Of a DNA stretch of 64,000 bases, positions 52,420 through 61,767 are shown one piece after another. The notes beneath the pieces are model-generated. The model ran no database searches. It was not told where the DNA came from and saw nothing but the letters and a program-made list of their open reading frames with translations. The position numbers were made by a program, and so were the translations under genes. Origin of the DNA: Candidatus Latescibacterota bacterium (GTDB lineage: Bacteria; Latescibacterota; UBA2968); NCBI GenBank assembly GCA_965205975.1, contig OZ242195.1, positions 4,608,001 through 4,672,000 of the forward strand, read 5' to 3'. How positions within the stretch are numbered: the first letter of the stretch is position 1; each line of letters begins with the position of its first letter.

Positions 52420-53553
52420 CTAAGTGAGAAACGCGACGATTAGCGCGGTTATTGCGATGATAGCACTGCCAACAGATATGGCGGTAAGCCGGTTTTGGGT
52501 CTGACGTGCCTCTTGGCGTAGATTCTTCACTTGCTCAGACAGGGTCTTTTGAGTGATTTGTTCATGGGTTTCGTTTAGCTGTTTTTGAGCAGTATTCAGG
52601 GCTAATTCATACTGTTGAGCTTGCTCAGATAGAGCCTTTTGCATGGTGTCGCTGAGTATTTGCTGCAAGTTGTCGTGTTCGGCTATGTGCTGGGTTAGCA
52701 GTTCATTCTGACGAATGACTCGTGGAATTAGCTCCTGGTTGATGCGGTCCTGTTCCTCCCAAAAGCGGACTTTTTCTACAATACTCGGCCTTTCCGTATT
52801 TCCATCTTGACTATCTGTTTCCTCATCTAATATGGTTTGCTCAAGTCCGACCAATCCTATTTTCACGTTGTCTGGACCTTCAAAAAAGCCCCAACACCAC
52901 CCATGTTCATTGACTTCTTCGAGATCGACATCCACGTCTGTGGCCTCAAGTTTCTGGACGGTGTTATATAAGTTGTCCACTTCAAAGTCTATTCTGTCGA
53001 AGCCCTCAGACTCAAACCATCCGGTCGATAAGAGTACTATGATTATATTCCCTGCTTGTAAACCAACATAGTCTTCATTGTCCTCATAGGAGAAGCCTTC
53101 TATTTCTTTTAACCCCAGGACCTGGGTATAGAATTGTATCGAGTCTTCTACATCGTCCGTTTTCAGGACGAATCGATAAATCCGAATTTCTGTTTCCTCG
53201 CCGCCAGACGTATCAAGTAGATCTGCTGTTGCCAATCCTATTGTCACATTCTCAGGACCCTCAAAATGGGCTACCCGCGTCCCGTCATCATAGTTTTTGA
53301 GTCTGACATCTACATCCGCATCCTCAAGTTTCTGAACGATGCTGTCTAAGTTTTCCACTGTGAAGGATATGTGATCTAATCCTTCATCCACGTCCGCGTC
53401 CTTTAGGAGTAATAAAAAGCCACTTATATCTTTCCCCTGCAAAGCCACTATGTCAGATTCACGCTCTATTTCCTTCAGCCCCAGGGTCTGGGCGTAGAAG
53501 TTGGCCGAGTCTTCTAAATTGTCCGTTACTAAATGGATTCCTCTCAAATGCAC
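52420..53553 (-). CDS. Tandem VOC/glyoxalase domains + coiled coil + C-terminal TM
   Basis: Two FYxQxLGLKEIE..HI/RIxF.V..FEGP.N repeats; Q/E-rich helix; hydrophobic end; GTG start with GGAGG. Confidence 0.75.
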   Translation of the reverse strand: MHLRGIHLVTDNLEDSANFYAQTLGLKEIERESDIVALQGKDISGFLLLLKDADVDEGLDHISFTVENLDSIVQKLEDADVDVRLKNYDDGTRVAHFEGPENVTIGLATADLLDTSGGEETEIRIYRFVLKTDDVEDSIQFYTQVLGLKEIEGFSYEDNEDYVGLQAGNIIIVLLSTGWFESEGFDRIDFEVDNLYNTVQKLEATDVDVDLEEVNEHGWCWGFFEGPDNVKIGLVGLEQTILDEETDSQDGNTERPSIVEKVRFWEEQDRINQELIPRVIRQNELLTQHIAEHDNLQQILSDTMQKALSEQAQQYELALNTAQKQLNETHEQITQKTLSEQVKNLRQEARQTQNRLTAISVGSAIIAITALIVAFLT

Positions 53554-53994
53554 TTTTGTTCCTCCATCTTATAAATGAAATACTTGACACTTTCCAACCG
53601 CGTCCCATAATAGCTACTGAACTGTGTGAACACAATTAAAAATCAAGTTGAGAATGACTCTCTTCAACTGGCGTTCTCCGATGGCATTGACAACCAGTTA
53701 TCTCGTTTATGATTGGAGTGCGTCAGTAATGCAGGATTCGTCGGGTTGGATGGTGTTGAACCAGTATTTATTGCACATAAGTTCTTCATCAGCGATAATC
53801 TGGATACCTTTGCGCGCAAAGGAAGCGACACTACCCGGAAGTTGGAACATCACTTGTTCTGCTGGTGCCTCATCTCTATGTAAGTTCGTGTCTCAGGTCG
53901 CAGGCGACTCATCACTTCTGCCCACTGGACTGGCGCGTTGTGCTTGAGCTTCTTTTTGTACAATATGTGGCTCAATTTTTGGATGATGGCGTTG

Positions 53995-54045
53995 TTTGGG
54001 CGGGTTGGTGCATGATCGGGAAATGATTGCTGACCTTATTTCAAA
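53995..54045 (+). pseudogene. Remnant of an rpn paralog
   Basis: 46/51 nt match (counted by eye) to 50720-50770. Confidence 0.65.
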
Positions 54046-54137
54046 TTCGAGACACGCCATTGACTTTTGTAGTACAACACAGTAATTTTGAAATATCAAT
54101 CTATGACTGTTTGAAATACGTACCAGTGGAGAGGACA

Positions 54138-54344
54138 ATGGAAACCACGCTTGATGTGGCAGGATTGCCTGAAGATCGAATACAATATCTCAAAAATCTC
54201 GTTGCGATTTGGAAAGCGCGAGGTGAGAATAGTGGTGGACTACAGCCCATTATCAAGCGAAAAGTAGCTCCGTCGGAATTTATCGTGAAGGATTCGGATG
54301 TTGTTGGCGGTGAAGTGACCCGAGCAATGGCGTATGATGAATAA
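54138..54344 (+). CDS. Putative antitoxin
   Basis: GGAGAGG RBS; 68 aa; overlaps the start of the PIN gene. Confidence 0.65.
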   Translation: METTLDVAGLPEDRIQYLKNLVAIWKARGENSGGLQPIIKRKVAPSEFIVKDSDVVGGEVTRAMAYDE

Positions 54345-54858
54345 TTTTGGTGATCTCTCATACCTTGATTCCAATATTCTGGTCTATGCTCAACAACGGA
54401 AATCCCCTCGACACGTAGTTGCCAAATCTCTGAGAGATCAGTGCCTTAATGGCGAGGTTGCTGCCTGCATTAGTCCTCAAGTTCTCAGCGAATTTTTCGT
54501 TACGGTTACTCGAACCGATGGTCGGGCTGTAGATGAACCGCTGTCTCCAGCAGAGGCTACAAATGAGGTAAGACGGTACTGTGAGTCTGATCAACTGGTT
54601 GTTATCCATCCCGGTCCGCGCATTATGGAACGGATGCTCGGGCTTCTCCAGCGGTATCCAGTTCAAGGTCTTCGTCTCCACGATTTAAGACATGTGGCGA
54701 CTATGCTGGAAAATAATGTGACCAGAGTATATACCTTCAATACCAGACATTTTTCCACTTTTTCTGAGATTGAAACTCTGAATCCCGAAGCGATTGACGT
54801 GCCAGAAAGCCAGGAGCACAAAGAAGACGTGGAGCCAAAGAAAAATGATATAGCCTGA
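54334..54858 (+). CDS. vapC: PIN-domain (VapC) toxin
   Basis: YLDSNILVY, QVLSEF, LHDLRHVATM, TFNTRHF. Confidence 0.88.
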   Translation: MMNNFGDLSYLDSNILVYAQQRKSPRHVVAKSLRDQCLNGEVAACISPQVLSEFFVTVTRTDGRAVDEPLSPAEATNEVRRYCESDQLVVIHPGPRIMERMLGLLQRYPVQGLRLHDLRHVATMLENNVTRVYTFNTRHFSTFSEIETLNPEAIDVPESQEHKEDVEPKKNDIA

Positions 54859-55203
54859 ATGGTCGGAATAGCCGGTCTGGGGTGATATGAATTTTTCCAC
54901 CTCTTGGGTAACGTCTCAGTTTGAAATAATTTGAAATAGTTAGTCCGAAATCGATGAGAGTGTCTCAGTTTGAAATTAGTTGTAACAGGCGAGGCACTCA
55001 AGAGGACAAAGCAAAGTGAGACACTAAAAAAATTTGAGTTTGGTTGTGTATCCAAACCACAAAAAAAGTCACAAAGTCCCGTGATGCTCCAGGGGCATTT
55101 TGAATGCCGGTGGCATTCACACCATAGCCAGTTGTTGAGGACATGGAAAACTACATGGACGTATTGATTTGGAGGATGGGAGGGTGCTTGTAATCACAAA
55201 AGA

Positions 55204-55410
55204 TCAGCTTGTGTGGCAGGCAGGCGAGCAGTGAGCGCATCCATTTACCTGTCTGTAATGGTTGCGTGCTTCCCTAACCGCAGGAAAGCACGAAGAAAAA
55301 TTGCCGAGATAGATACGGTTTGAAGGGCTTGGCAACCAATAGCATCCTTCTCTATGAACCTCGTGATCTCCATTTGGTTGTGCATTTCTGTTCACGTAGT
55401 AACTTGCCAT
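55204..55410 (-). CDS. Small conserved Cys/His-rich protein
   Basis: AAGGAG RBS; NAQPNGDHEVH..GC..YLG..C..NGCxxC..CH. Confidence 0.8.
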   Translation of the reverse strand: MASYYVNRNAQPNGDHEVHREGCYWLPSPSNRIYLGNFSSCFPAVREARNHYRQVNGCAHCSPACHTS

Positions 55411-55520
55411 TTAGTATTTCTCCTTCTTGTTAAGGATTAAATTTCTTTTTGCTTGCCCACGTCCGGAAGCGGTTGTATGTTGTTATCTATATTTGTTGTT
55501 TTTCCTCCTTCGGGAGTTTT

Positions 55521-55558
55521 GGCGGATTTGAGCGGCCTACTCAAATCCGCCTGTTTTT
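55521..55558. terminator. Stem-loop/terminator
   Basis: GGCGGATTTGAG-N7-CTCAAATCCGCC. Confidence 0.6.
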
Positions 55559-55820
55559 ATTCTTTACCGTGCTCTATACCTACATGCCGCATAATAACGC
55601 AGTGCTTAAAATGCAGTGTAGCACCTTGATGACCTAATGTTGTTGTATAAGTACACACACTATATTGATCGACACAATAGCCCTGCAAGGCTTTTTCCTC
55701 AATTAACTGTTCAAGCTCGCCTAAATCTTCGCTCTCTACACAAACATACATTCGAGTATTTGCGTCGATTTTAATTCGGTACTGCGAACCCGGAACAGCA
55801 GGTAGCAAAGTTGCAGACAT
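55557..55820 (-). CDS. Hypothetical protein
   Basis: GAGGAGGTGAGG RBS; 87 aa; followed by a hairpin. Confidence 0.5.
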   Translation of the reverse strand: MSATLLPAVPGSQYRIKIDANTRMYVCVESEDLGELEQLIEEKALQGYCVDQYSVCTYTTTLGHQGATLHFKHCVIMRHVGIEHGKE

Positions 55821-56027
55821 ACCGCCTCACCTCCTCTCTGTTTGAAAATTTTTCCAAAATCCAAAGAAAATAGACAGCTTATTGTTATCTGTCAACCCTG
55901 CAGCGTCTTTTTTCTACAACAATTTTACAAACTTTTACAGAACAAACCTTTGTGCCTCTTTTTGTAACACTTTTGCCACATTTTCTTGACATCAGGCTTA
56001 GGTACAGTATTTTTTTACCAAGGAGGA

Positions 56028-56426
56028 ATGATGGCAGACAAAGATATGATAACCGAAGAGGAATATGCAGAGTGGCAGAAAAGGCAAGAACGTCGATTTT
56101 GGATAATCATTAAGACTATCGTCTGGATAGTCGTTCTTTCGCCCGGTATTTGGTTGCTTTTGACTCACTACCAACACGGCGATCTTGAAATTTACCTTGA
56201 CCACGACGCATATACAAAATACGAAGACGAAAAATACACGCGCATTTATGCGACCAGATATACTTGGTGGGGGTTAGGAAAAGACAAAATCTATCAAATC
56301 AAAGCAATAAATGGCAAGTGGCATATACGCGAAAGCGGCAAGCCCAATGCAAAGTGGACACTCATGTATTTTGACGATCTTGGAATGGACATCGACTATG
56401 TGCCCGAACCACCTTACCCAAGATGA
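56028..56426 (+). CDS. Hypothetical single-TM protein
   Basis: AGGAGG RBS; one hydrophobic segment; terminator-like hairpin near 56566-56599. Confidence 0.65.
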   Translation: MMADKDMITEEEYAEWQKRQERRFWIIIKTIVWIVVLSPGIWLLLTHYQHGDLEIYLDHDAYTKYEDEKYTRIYATRYTWWGLGKDKIYQIKAINGKWHIRESGKPNAKWTLMYFDDLGMDIDYVPEPPYPR

Positions 56427-56910
56427 AACCAAACCCCAACGGCACAACAAGATGGGCTTTAGGCGTACTGGTAGAGAAGATCAAAAAGCGATTAAAGAAC
56501 CCTTCTACCGGCCACTAAAACGGGTCAAGTCCACCACCTCTTGCAACCAAAATTCATCCAAATGACACCCCTGAAGAGATTATCTCTCCAGGGGTTTTTA
56601 AATTTTTCAATATAGTACATCAATATACCGTGCATAAGATTGCGTAAAACTGCAACATTTGCTATAATTTATTGTCTCCATGCCATCTTTAAAGGATTTT
56701 AGCCATGAATAATAGGTATGTGGCCTGTTGAATTTTACCAAAGTGAAAATGGTCAAGTGTTATGCTTCAGATAGAAATGGACTTTTGTGGTGCATTGATA
56801 AGCTATAAATTGGGCTGTCCCCAAGGAGGAGTCTGTTATGCTTCAGATAGAAATGGACTTTTGTGGTGCATTGATAAGCTATAAATTGGGCTGTCCCCAA
56901 GGAGGAGTCC

Positions 56911-57219
56911 ATGTCGAAGAAGCGTAAGCAATATTCTCCCGAAGAGAAGGTGTCGATTTTGCGTCGTCATCTGTTAGATGGCGTGCCCGTGTCAGATTTG
57001 TGTGATGCACACGGGATTCACCCGACGATGTTCTACCAGTGGCAGAAGGTGTTTTTCGAGCAAGGTACCTCAGCCTTTGCGCCAAAGCAGAGTGTGCATG
57101 AGAAACAGCAGGCGAGAAAGATTGCTGTCTTAGAGGCCAAATTGGCAACAAAGAACGAAGTGTTGTCAGAACTGATGGAAGAGCACATTTTTCTAAAAAA
57201 AAGTCTTGGGGAGACCTGA
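56911..57219 (+). CDS. IS3 transposase OrfA (HTH)
   Basis: RKQYSPEEK..FYQW; A8G slippery site at 57195-57203. Confidence 0.9.
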   Translation: MSKKRKQYSPEEKVSILRRHLLDGVPVSDLCDAHGIHPTMFYQWQKVFFEQGTSAFAPKQSVHEKQQARKIAVLEAKLATKNEVLSELMEEHIFLKKSLGET

Positions 57220-57254
57220 GTCAACGTCCGATTTCGAGGGTCATTCGCGATGCG

Positions 57255-58187
57255 GTGATTGATTTTGTGGTCCATTGGCACAAGCAAACCGGTATCTTTA
57301 TCGGTCAGTTTTTATCCTTATTAGGGTTATCTACAAGCACATATTATGACTGGAAAGCCCGGTATGGTGCGCCCAATGGCACTTATGGGTCACTGCCCAA
57401 GAGTTCCTGGCTCTTGGACTGGGAGAAGCAAGCCATTATCACTTATGCCATAGCGCACCCCGACCAGGGGTATCGTCGTTTGGCGTATCAGATGATAGAT
57501 GAAGATGTTGTAGCTGTTTCACCCAGTAGCGTGTATCGCGTGCTCAAAGGCGCCGATCTGCTTAGTCGAACTTTAAAAAAGGTCTCAAAGAAGGGGACAG
57601 GATTTGACCAGCCAACACGGGCACACCAGCACTGGCATGTGGATGTATCCTATTTGAATATCTGCGGGACCTTCTACTACTTATGTGCCCTTTTAGATGG
57701 CTATAGTCGCTTTCTCGTCCATTTTGAGATTCGAGAAGCGATGCGAGAAGCAGATGTCGAGATCATTATTCAAAGAGGCAGAGAAAAGTTCCCCAACGTC
57801 AGGCCGCGTATCATCTCGGACAATGGTCCACAGTTTATTGCCCTTGCCTTCAAGTCCTTTATCAGACACTGCGGGATGACCCATGTGCGCACTTCGCCGT
57901 TTTATCCGCAATCCAATGGCAAGATCGAGCGGTGGCACCAGTCGCTCAAGCGCGAGTGTATTCGTCCCAAAACACCGACGAATTTGGAGGAGGCGCGAGA
58001 AGTGGTTGCCAGATTTGTCGCGCATTACAACCACAAGAGATACCACGCCAGCATCGGGTATATCGCGCCTGTTGATAAACTGTGTGGTCGAGCACCACTT
58101 ATTTTTCGAGAACGAAAACGCAAGTTGGCGCAAGCAAAATGCTTGCGTGCCCAACTCAGAGCCGTCAAACCCGTTGCCCATTTGTAG
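57255..58187 (+). CDS. IS3 transposase OrfB (DDE), probably joined to OrfA by -1 frameshift
   Basis: WHVD, SDNGPQF, PQSNGKIER, YNHKRYH. Confidence 0.92.
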   Translation: MIDFVVHWHKQTGIFIGQFLSLLGLSTSTYYDWKARYGAPNGTYGSLPKSSWLLDWEKQAIITYAIAHPDQGYRRLAYQMIDEDVVAVSPSSVYRVLKGADLLSRTLKKVSKKGTGFDQPTRAHQHWHVDVSYLNICGTFYYLCALLDGYSRFLVHFEIREAMREADVEIIIQRGREKFPNVRPRIISDNGPQFIALAFKSFIRHCGMTHVRTSPFYPQSNGKIERWHQSLKRECIRPKTPTNLEEAREVVARFVAHYNHKRYHASIGYIAPVDKLCGRAPLIFRERKRKLAQAKCLRAQLRAVKPVAHL

Positions 58188-58631
58188 CTTAACTACAACA
58201 CCCAAAATTCCAATTTACTTTGAACCATTACATGCCCAACTCAGAGCCGTCAAACCCGTTGCCCATTTGTAGCTTAACTACAACACCCAAAATTCCAATT
58301 TACTTTGAACCATTACACAAGAGCCTGTCAGAGACTTTTTGCTCTCACTTCAACCAAAGCTGAGAGCAAAGATCTTGCAGGTGATTCAAATTCTTTCAGA
58401 GTTTGGTATTGATCTCCCCTTTCCTTATTCCAGTCAAGTTGAGGGAAGGTTGAGAGAACTGCGAGCGCGTTATGGGAAAAATCAATATCGCGTTTTGTAC
58501 TACGGTGATGCGAATCGAATTTTTGTCCTGTTGCACGCCTTTGAAAAGCGAAGTCAGAAACTGCCGCAACGAGAAATTCGGATTGCAATGGAACGCATGA
58601 ACGCTGATCGAGAGCGAAAAGAGGGATAAAG

Positions 58632-58943
58632 ATGACCAGTGAAAAGACAAGTGTGCGGATATTTCTCGAAGAACAGTTGAAAGATCGAGAAGTCGCGGAA
58701 TCATTCTACCAGGGCCTTGATGAACTGAGGCTTGCAGTTAAAATTGCCCAACTGCGCAAGCAACGCGGATTGACGCAAGCGCAATTGGCAGCGAAATTGG
58801 ATACCAGTACACCGGTCATTAGCCGATTGGAAAACCGGGGAAACTGTACCATCAGCACCTTAAAAAAAGTCGCCGCAGCCCTGGATGCAGTTGTGCAAAT
58901 TGACATCGTGTCTAAAGAAGAGAGCGCAATTCAAAAAACGTGA
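58632..58943 (+). CDS. HigA-like XRE HTH antitoxin
   Basis: LRKQRGLTQAQLA..ISRLE..TLKKVAAAL, directly downstream of the toxin. Confidence 0.9.
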   Translation: MTSEKTSVRIFLEEQLKDREVAESFYQGLDELRLAVKIAQLRKQRGLTQAQLAAKLDTSTPVISRLENRGNCTISTLKKVAAALDAVVQIDIVSKEESAIQKT

Positions 58944-58986
58944 ATCTTTTCCTCCCAAATTCCAATTTAAGTGCAACAGGAAAAAG

Positions 58987-59021
58987 AAAACGCCCCAGCA
59001 TTGTTGTGCCGGGGCGTTTTT
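58987..59021. terminator. Intrinsic terminator
   Basis: AAAACGCCCCAGCA..TGCCGGGGCGTTTTT. Confidence 0.75.
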
Positions 59022-59159
59022 GTGTATCAAGTAAACCAATTCCCAAAGGATTTTTCTGTTTATTGGCTCAATTTTATGTGACGTTGTGCTGCGGATCGCG
59101 GATGGGGCATTGCCTATGTCATTTGTTAAATCTTTATTTGCTTCAGATCACTCAGTATA

Positions 59160-59876
59160 TCAAAAAGCCTCTTGGTGCGCCTTTACGAGATCGGCCATGC
59201 TATTGAATTGAAAATTGTAGTTTGGCATTTCGTCCGGGTCTCTGGTCGCGCCGAAGCCTTCTTCATTGGAGCGCCTGTATATCCAACAGGTGGCGAGTCC
59301 GTTTTTGTTCGCGGGTATGTGATCGTGGAATAGGCTTTCTGCGGTGTGTAGTATTTCCGATTTTTCAATGTCGAGCGACTTGAGGTGTTCCAGCATGTAT
59401 TTGAAGTTTCTATCCGCAGGTTTGTACGATCCTATGTCTTCCGCCGTGTATATTGCGTCAAATTCAACACCGAGACGGTCGTTGCTGTATTTAAAGCTGT
59501 TGTTATCGACGTTGGACAGGATTACGAGTTTGTAGTGCTTTTTGAGATATTGTAGCGCGTCGGGAGAATCGGAAAACGCCGGCCATTGTTTTATCGATTG
59601 ACCATAAACGGTGCACTCATCGGGTGTGACGGCGATGCCCCATTCTTCGGCGAGGCGTTTATATACGATGGCGAGGAGTTCGGAATAGCGCATGCCCGGC
59701 GTCCAGGCTTGTTGTGTTGATTCGTGTCGCGCGTGTGTTTGAAGAATTTCATTGCGCGACAATTTTCGTTCGACCTTTGATAAAAGCGGCTCCAGTCCTT
59801 TGATCATCCCGGTTTCCCAGTCGATAAGCGTGCCATAGCAATCGAATGTCAGGACTTTGAAATCGGTGAGTTTCAT
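59160..59876 (-). CDS. Haloacid dehalogenase type II
   Basis: FDCYGTLIDWE, LSN, YKP, HTAESLFHD. Confidence 0.9.
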   Translation of the reverse strand: MKLTDFKVLTFDCYGTLIDWETGMIKGLEPLLSKVERKLSRNEILQTHARHESTQQAWTPGMRYSELLAIVYKRLAEEWGIAVTPDECTVYGQSIKQWPAFSDSPDALQYLKKHYKLVILSNVDNNSFKYSNDRLGVEFDAIYTAEDIGSYKPADRNFKYMLEHLKSLDIEKSEILHTAESLFHDHIPANKNGLATCWIYRRSNEEGFGATRDPDEMPNYNFQFNSMADLVKAHQEAF

Positions 59877-59881
59877 GTTTT

Positions 59882-60589
59882 TCAATAACACCCCAGTTGA
59901 TCGGCGAGGTCGTGAAAGTCATGGGCTATGATGTCGAAGTCCAAATCGGGGGGTAAGTCTTTTTTGGCGTTGAGACCCCGTTCGCAGGGTCGGAATACAT
60001 AAGCCGTTTTCATGCCGACGCGCGCTGCGTGGTGCAGGTCGCCCTGATGGGCGGCGACCATCATGACTTCTTGGGGTTCACAACTGAGCAGTTCGATGGC
60101 TTTCAAATAGGTCTCGGCGTCGGGTTTGTAATGTCCGGCCAATTCGGCGGATAAGATGCAATCCCAGGGCAGTCCGCCGTATTTCGCCATGTTGGCGAGT
60201 AGCGATACGTTGCCGTTTGATAGTGTGGCGATCAGGTACCGCGATTTTAACCGCCATAAGCCGCCTGGGGCGTCGGGCCAGGGGTCGAGGCGATGCCAGA
60301 CGCGATTGAAGTCCGCGATTTCTTCTTCGGATAATCCCGAGATGCCGAATTTTTTCAGGAGTTCGTCCAGGATCATGCGGTGCAGGTCGTCGATTTTTGT
60401 CCAGGGCAATTCGCCCGTGCGCACGCGGTTCATCGATGGACCATAGCCCCCGCGCCACGCATCGGCAAATGCAGTCCAATCTATGTCCAATCCCTTGCGC
60501 TCGCCTAATCGCTCGCCGTCTCGGATGACGGAACTGCGCCAATCAACTACTGTGCCGAATACGTCAAATGTCAATGCTTTGATTGTCAT
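59882..60589 (-). CDS. Haloacid dehalogenase type II
   Basis: FDVFGTVVDW, LSNG, YKP, MVAAH.GD. Confidence 0.9.
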   Translation of the reverse strand: MTIKALTFDVFGTVVDWRSSVIRDGERLGERKGLDIDWTAFADAWRGGYGPSMNRVRTGELPWTKIDDLHRMILDELLKKFGISGLSEEEIADFNRVWHRLDPWPDAPGGLWRLKSRYLIATLSNGNVSLLANMAKYGGLPWDCILSAELAGHYKPDAETYLKAIELLSCEPQEVMMVAAHQGDLHHAARVGMKTAYVFRPCERGLNAKKDLPPDLDFDIIAHDFHDLADQLGCY

Positions 60590-61687
60590 CTAAGGTACCG
60601 CGCCCACTGCTTTGTTCAAAGCTGGCATTAGTTCACGGGCGAATAATTCCATGCTGTATATCCAACTATCTTTGTCGTCCCAGTCGTAGCCCATGAGTAC
60701 CAGAGTGCCAAAGGGTCCGGTTTCCTCGAACAGAGCCAGCAAGCGACGCAGTGCTTCATCGACGTCGCCCGCAATGATCTGTTCGGTCATCAAATAGTCC
60801 AGATTGCACTCGGAGTCGGGCATGTCCAGATCGCGCTTGTACACCTGGCGCCCCAGGCCCTTGTCGAATAGACGTCCGATGTATTCGTAATTTTTTGCCA
60901 GAGAATTGTTCCGCGCCTTTTTTACAGCCTCGGCCGTGGTGTCGGCCAGAAAGATTGAACGGGCGATTTTCCAGTCGGTTCGCTGCGGTTGCCGTCCCGC
61001 CTGCAGGGCACTCTGCTCATAGATCTGCCAGTTGTCGGCCACCACATTGCCCGCTATCAGGCAGGCGGAAAAGGGCTGGAAGCCGCGCTCGCCAGCTGTT
61101 TGCATGCTGTGTGAGTTGCGGCTCATTCCCGGCATAGAAATGGGCGGGTGGGGCTGTTGAAAGGGTTTGTGGATGAAGCCGATCTGGGTTTCTTCGTCAA
61201 TATTGTCTTTGAGCTGGAATTGCCAGTATTTCCCCCGGTGCTCATAGGGTGGATCCGATGTCCATAGGTTGAGGATGGCGTCAATGGCTTCCCCGGTCAT
61301 TGCGCCGCCCGATTTGGGATCCAGGCCGTACAGTTCCTGGTCTGAGGTGACACTGCCCGGGCCAAAGCACAGATTGAGCCGACCTTTGGCCAGGTGATCC
61401 AAAAAAGACAGGCGACTGGCGACATAGGCGGGATGGTGCAGGTTCAAACAGACCGGTGCCGGTCCCAGGCGGATGCGCTGGGTTTCGCCCAGGGCGCGTC
61501 CGATGAAAATTTCGGGCGTGACAATGGTCTCGTATTTCATGGTGTGGTGTTCGCCGATCCAGAATTCATCAAAGCCCAGTTCCTCGGCTTTGACAACGAG
61601 TTCCAAATCCTCGTCAAATCCCTGACTCAACGGTTTGTCCGGGGCGTGGAAGGGCATGATGAACATACCGTATTTGATTGGTTCCAT
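60590..61687 (-). CDS. LLM-class flavin-dependent oxidoreductase
   Basis: AEELGFDEFWIGEHH, LDHLAKGR, PFQQPHPP. Confidence 0.92.
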   Translation of the reverse strand: MEPIKYGMFIMPFHAPDKPLSQGFDEDLELVVKAEELGFDEFWIGEHHTMKYETIVTPEIFIGRALGETQRIRLGPAPVCLNLHHPAYVASRLSFLDHLAKGRLNLCFGPGSVTSDQELYGLDPKSGGAMTGEAIDAILNLWTSDPPYEHRGKYWQFQLKDNIDEETQIGFIHKPFQQPHPPISMPGMSRNSHSMQTAGERGFQPFSACLIAGNVVADNWQIYEQSALQAGRQPQRTDWKIARSIFLADTTAEAVKKARNNSLAKNYEYIGRLFDKGLGRQVYKRDLDMPDSECNLDYLMTEQIIAGDVDEALRRLLALFEETGPFGTLVLMGYDWDDKDSWIYSMELFARELMPALNKAVGAVP

Positions 61688-61767
61688 GGAGGTGCTCCTT
61701 CCTGCGGATTTTTTTATCCTGAAAATCCTTTCATCACTAGATAAAACCCTTCCCGTGCAGGCTCTTA

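Larger units (their letters stand above)
56758..58317 (+). mobile_element. IS3 family insertion sequence
   Basis: TG..CA ends; imperfect ~30-bp IRs (TGTTATGCTTCAGATAGAAATGGACTTTTG vs TGTAATGGTTCAAAGTAAATTGGAATTTTG); CAAG target duplication; both ends tandemly duplicated. Confidence 0.93.
56718..58629 (+). pseudogene. RelE/HigB (Gp49-like) toxin gene interrupted by IS3
   Basis: MWPVEFYQSENGQ (56718-56757) rejoins in frame to EPVRDFL..LRELR..YRVLY..LLHAFEKRSQKLP (58322-58629). Confidence 0.9.

Noticed and set aside
53600..53947. Short ORFs or possible gene relic upstream of the VOC gene
   Set aside because: No RBS or recognisable family on either strand, and the minus frame has stops; cannot be called.
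56758..56909. Direct repeats near the IS as a possible CRISPR array
   Set aside because: Only two abutting copies with no spacers, they correspond to IS ends, and there are no cas genes.
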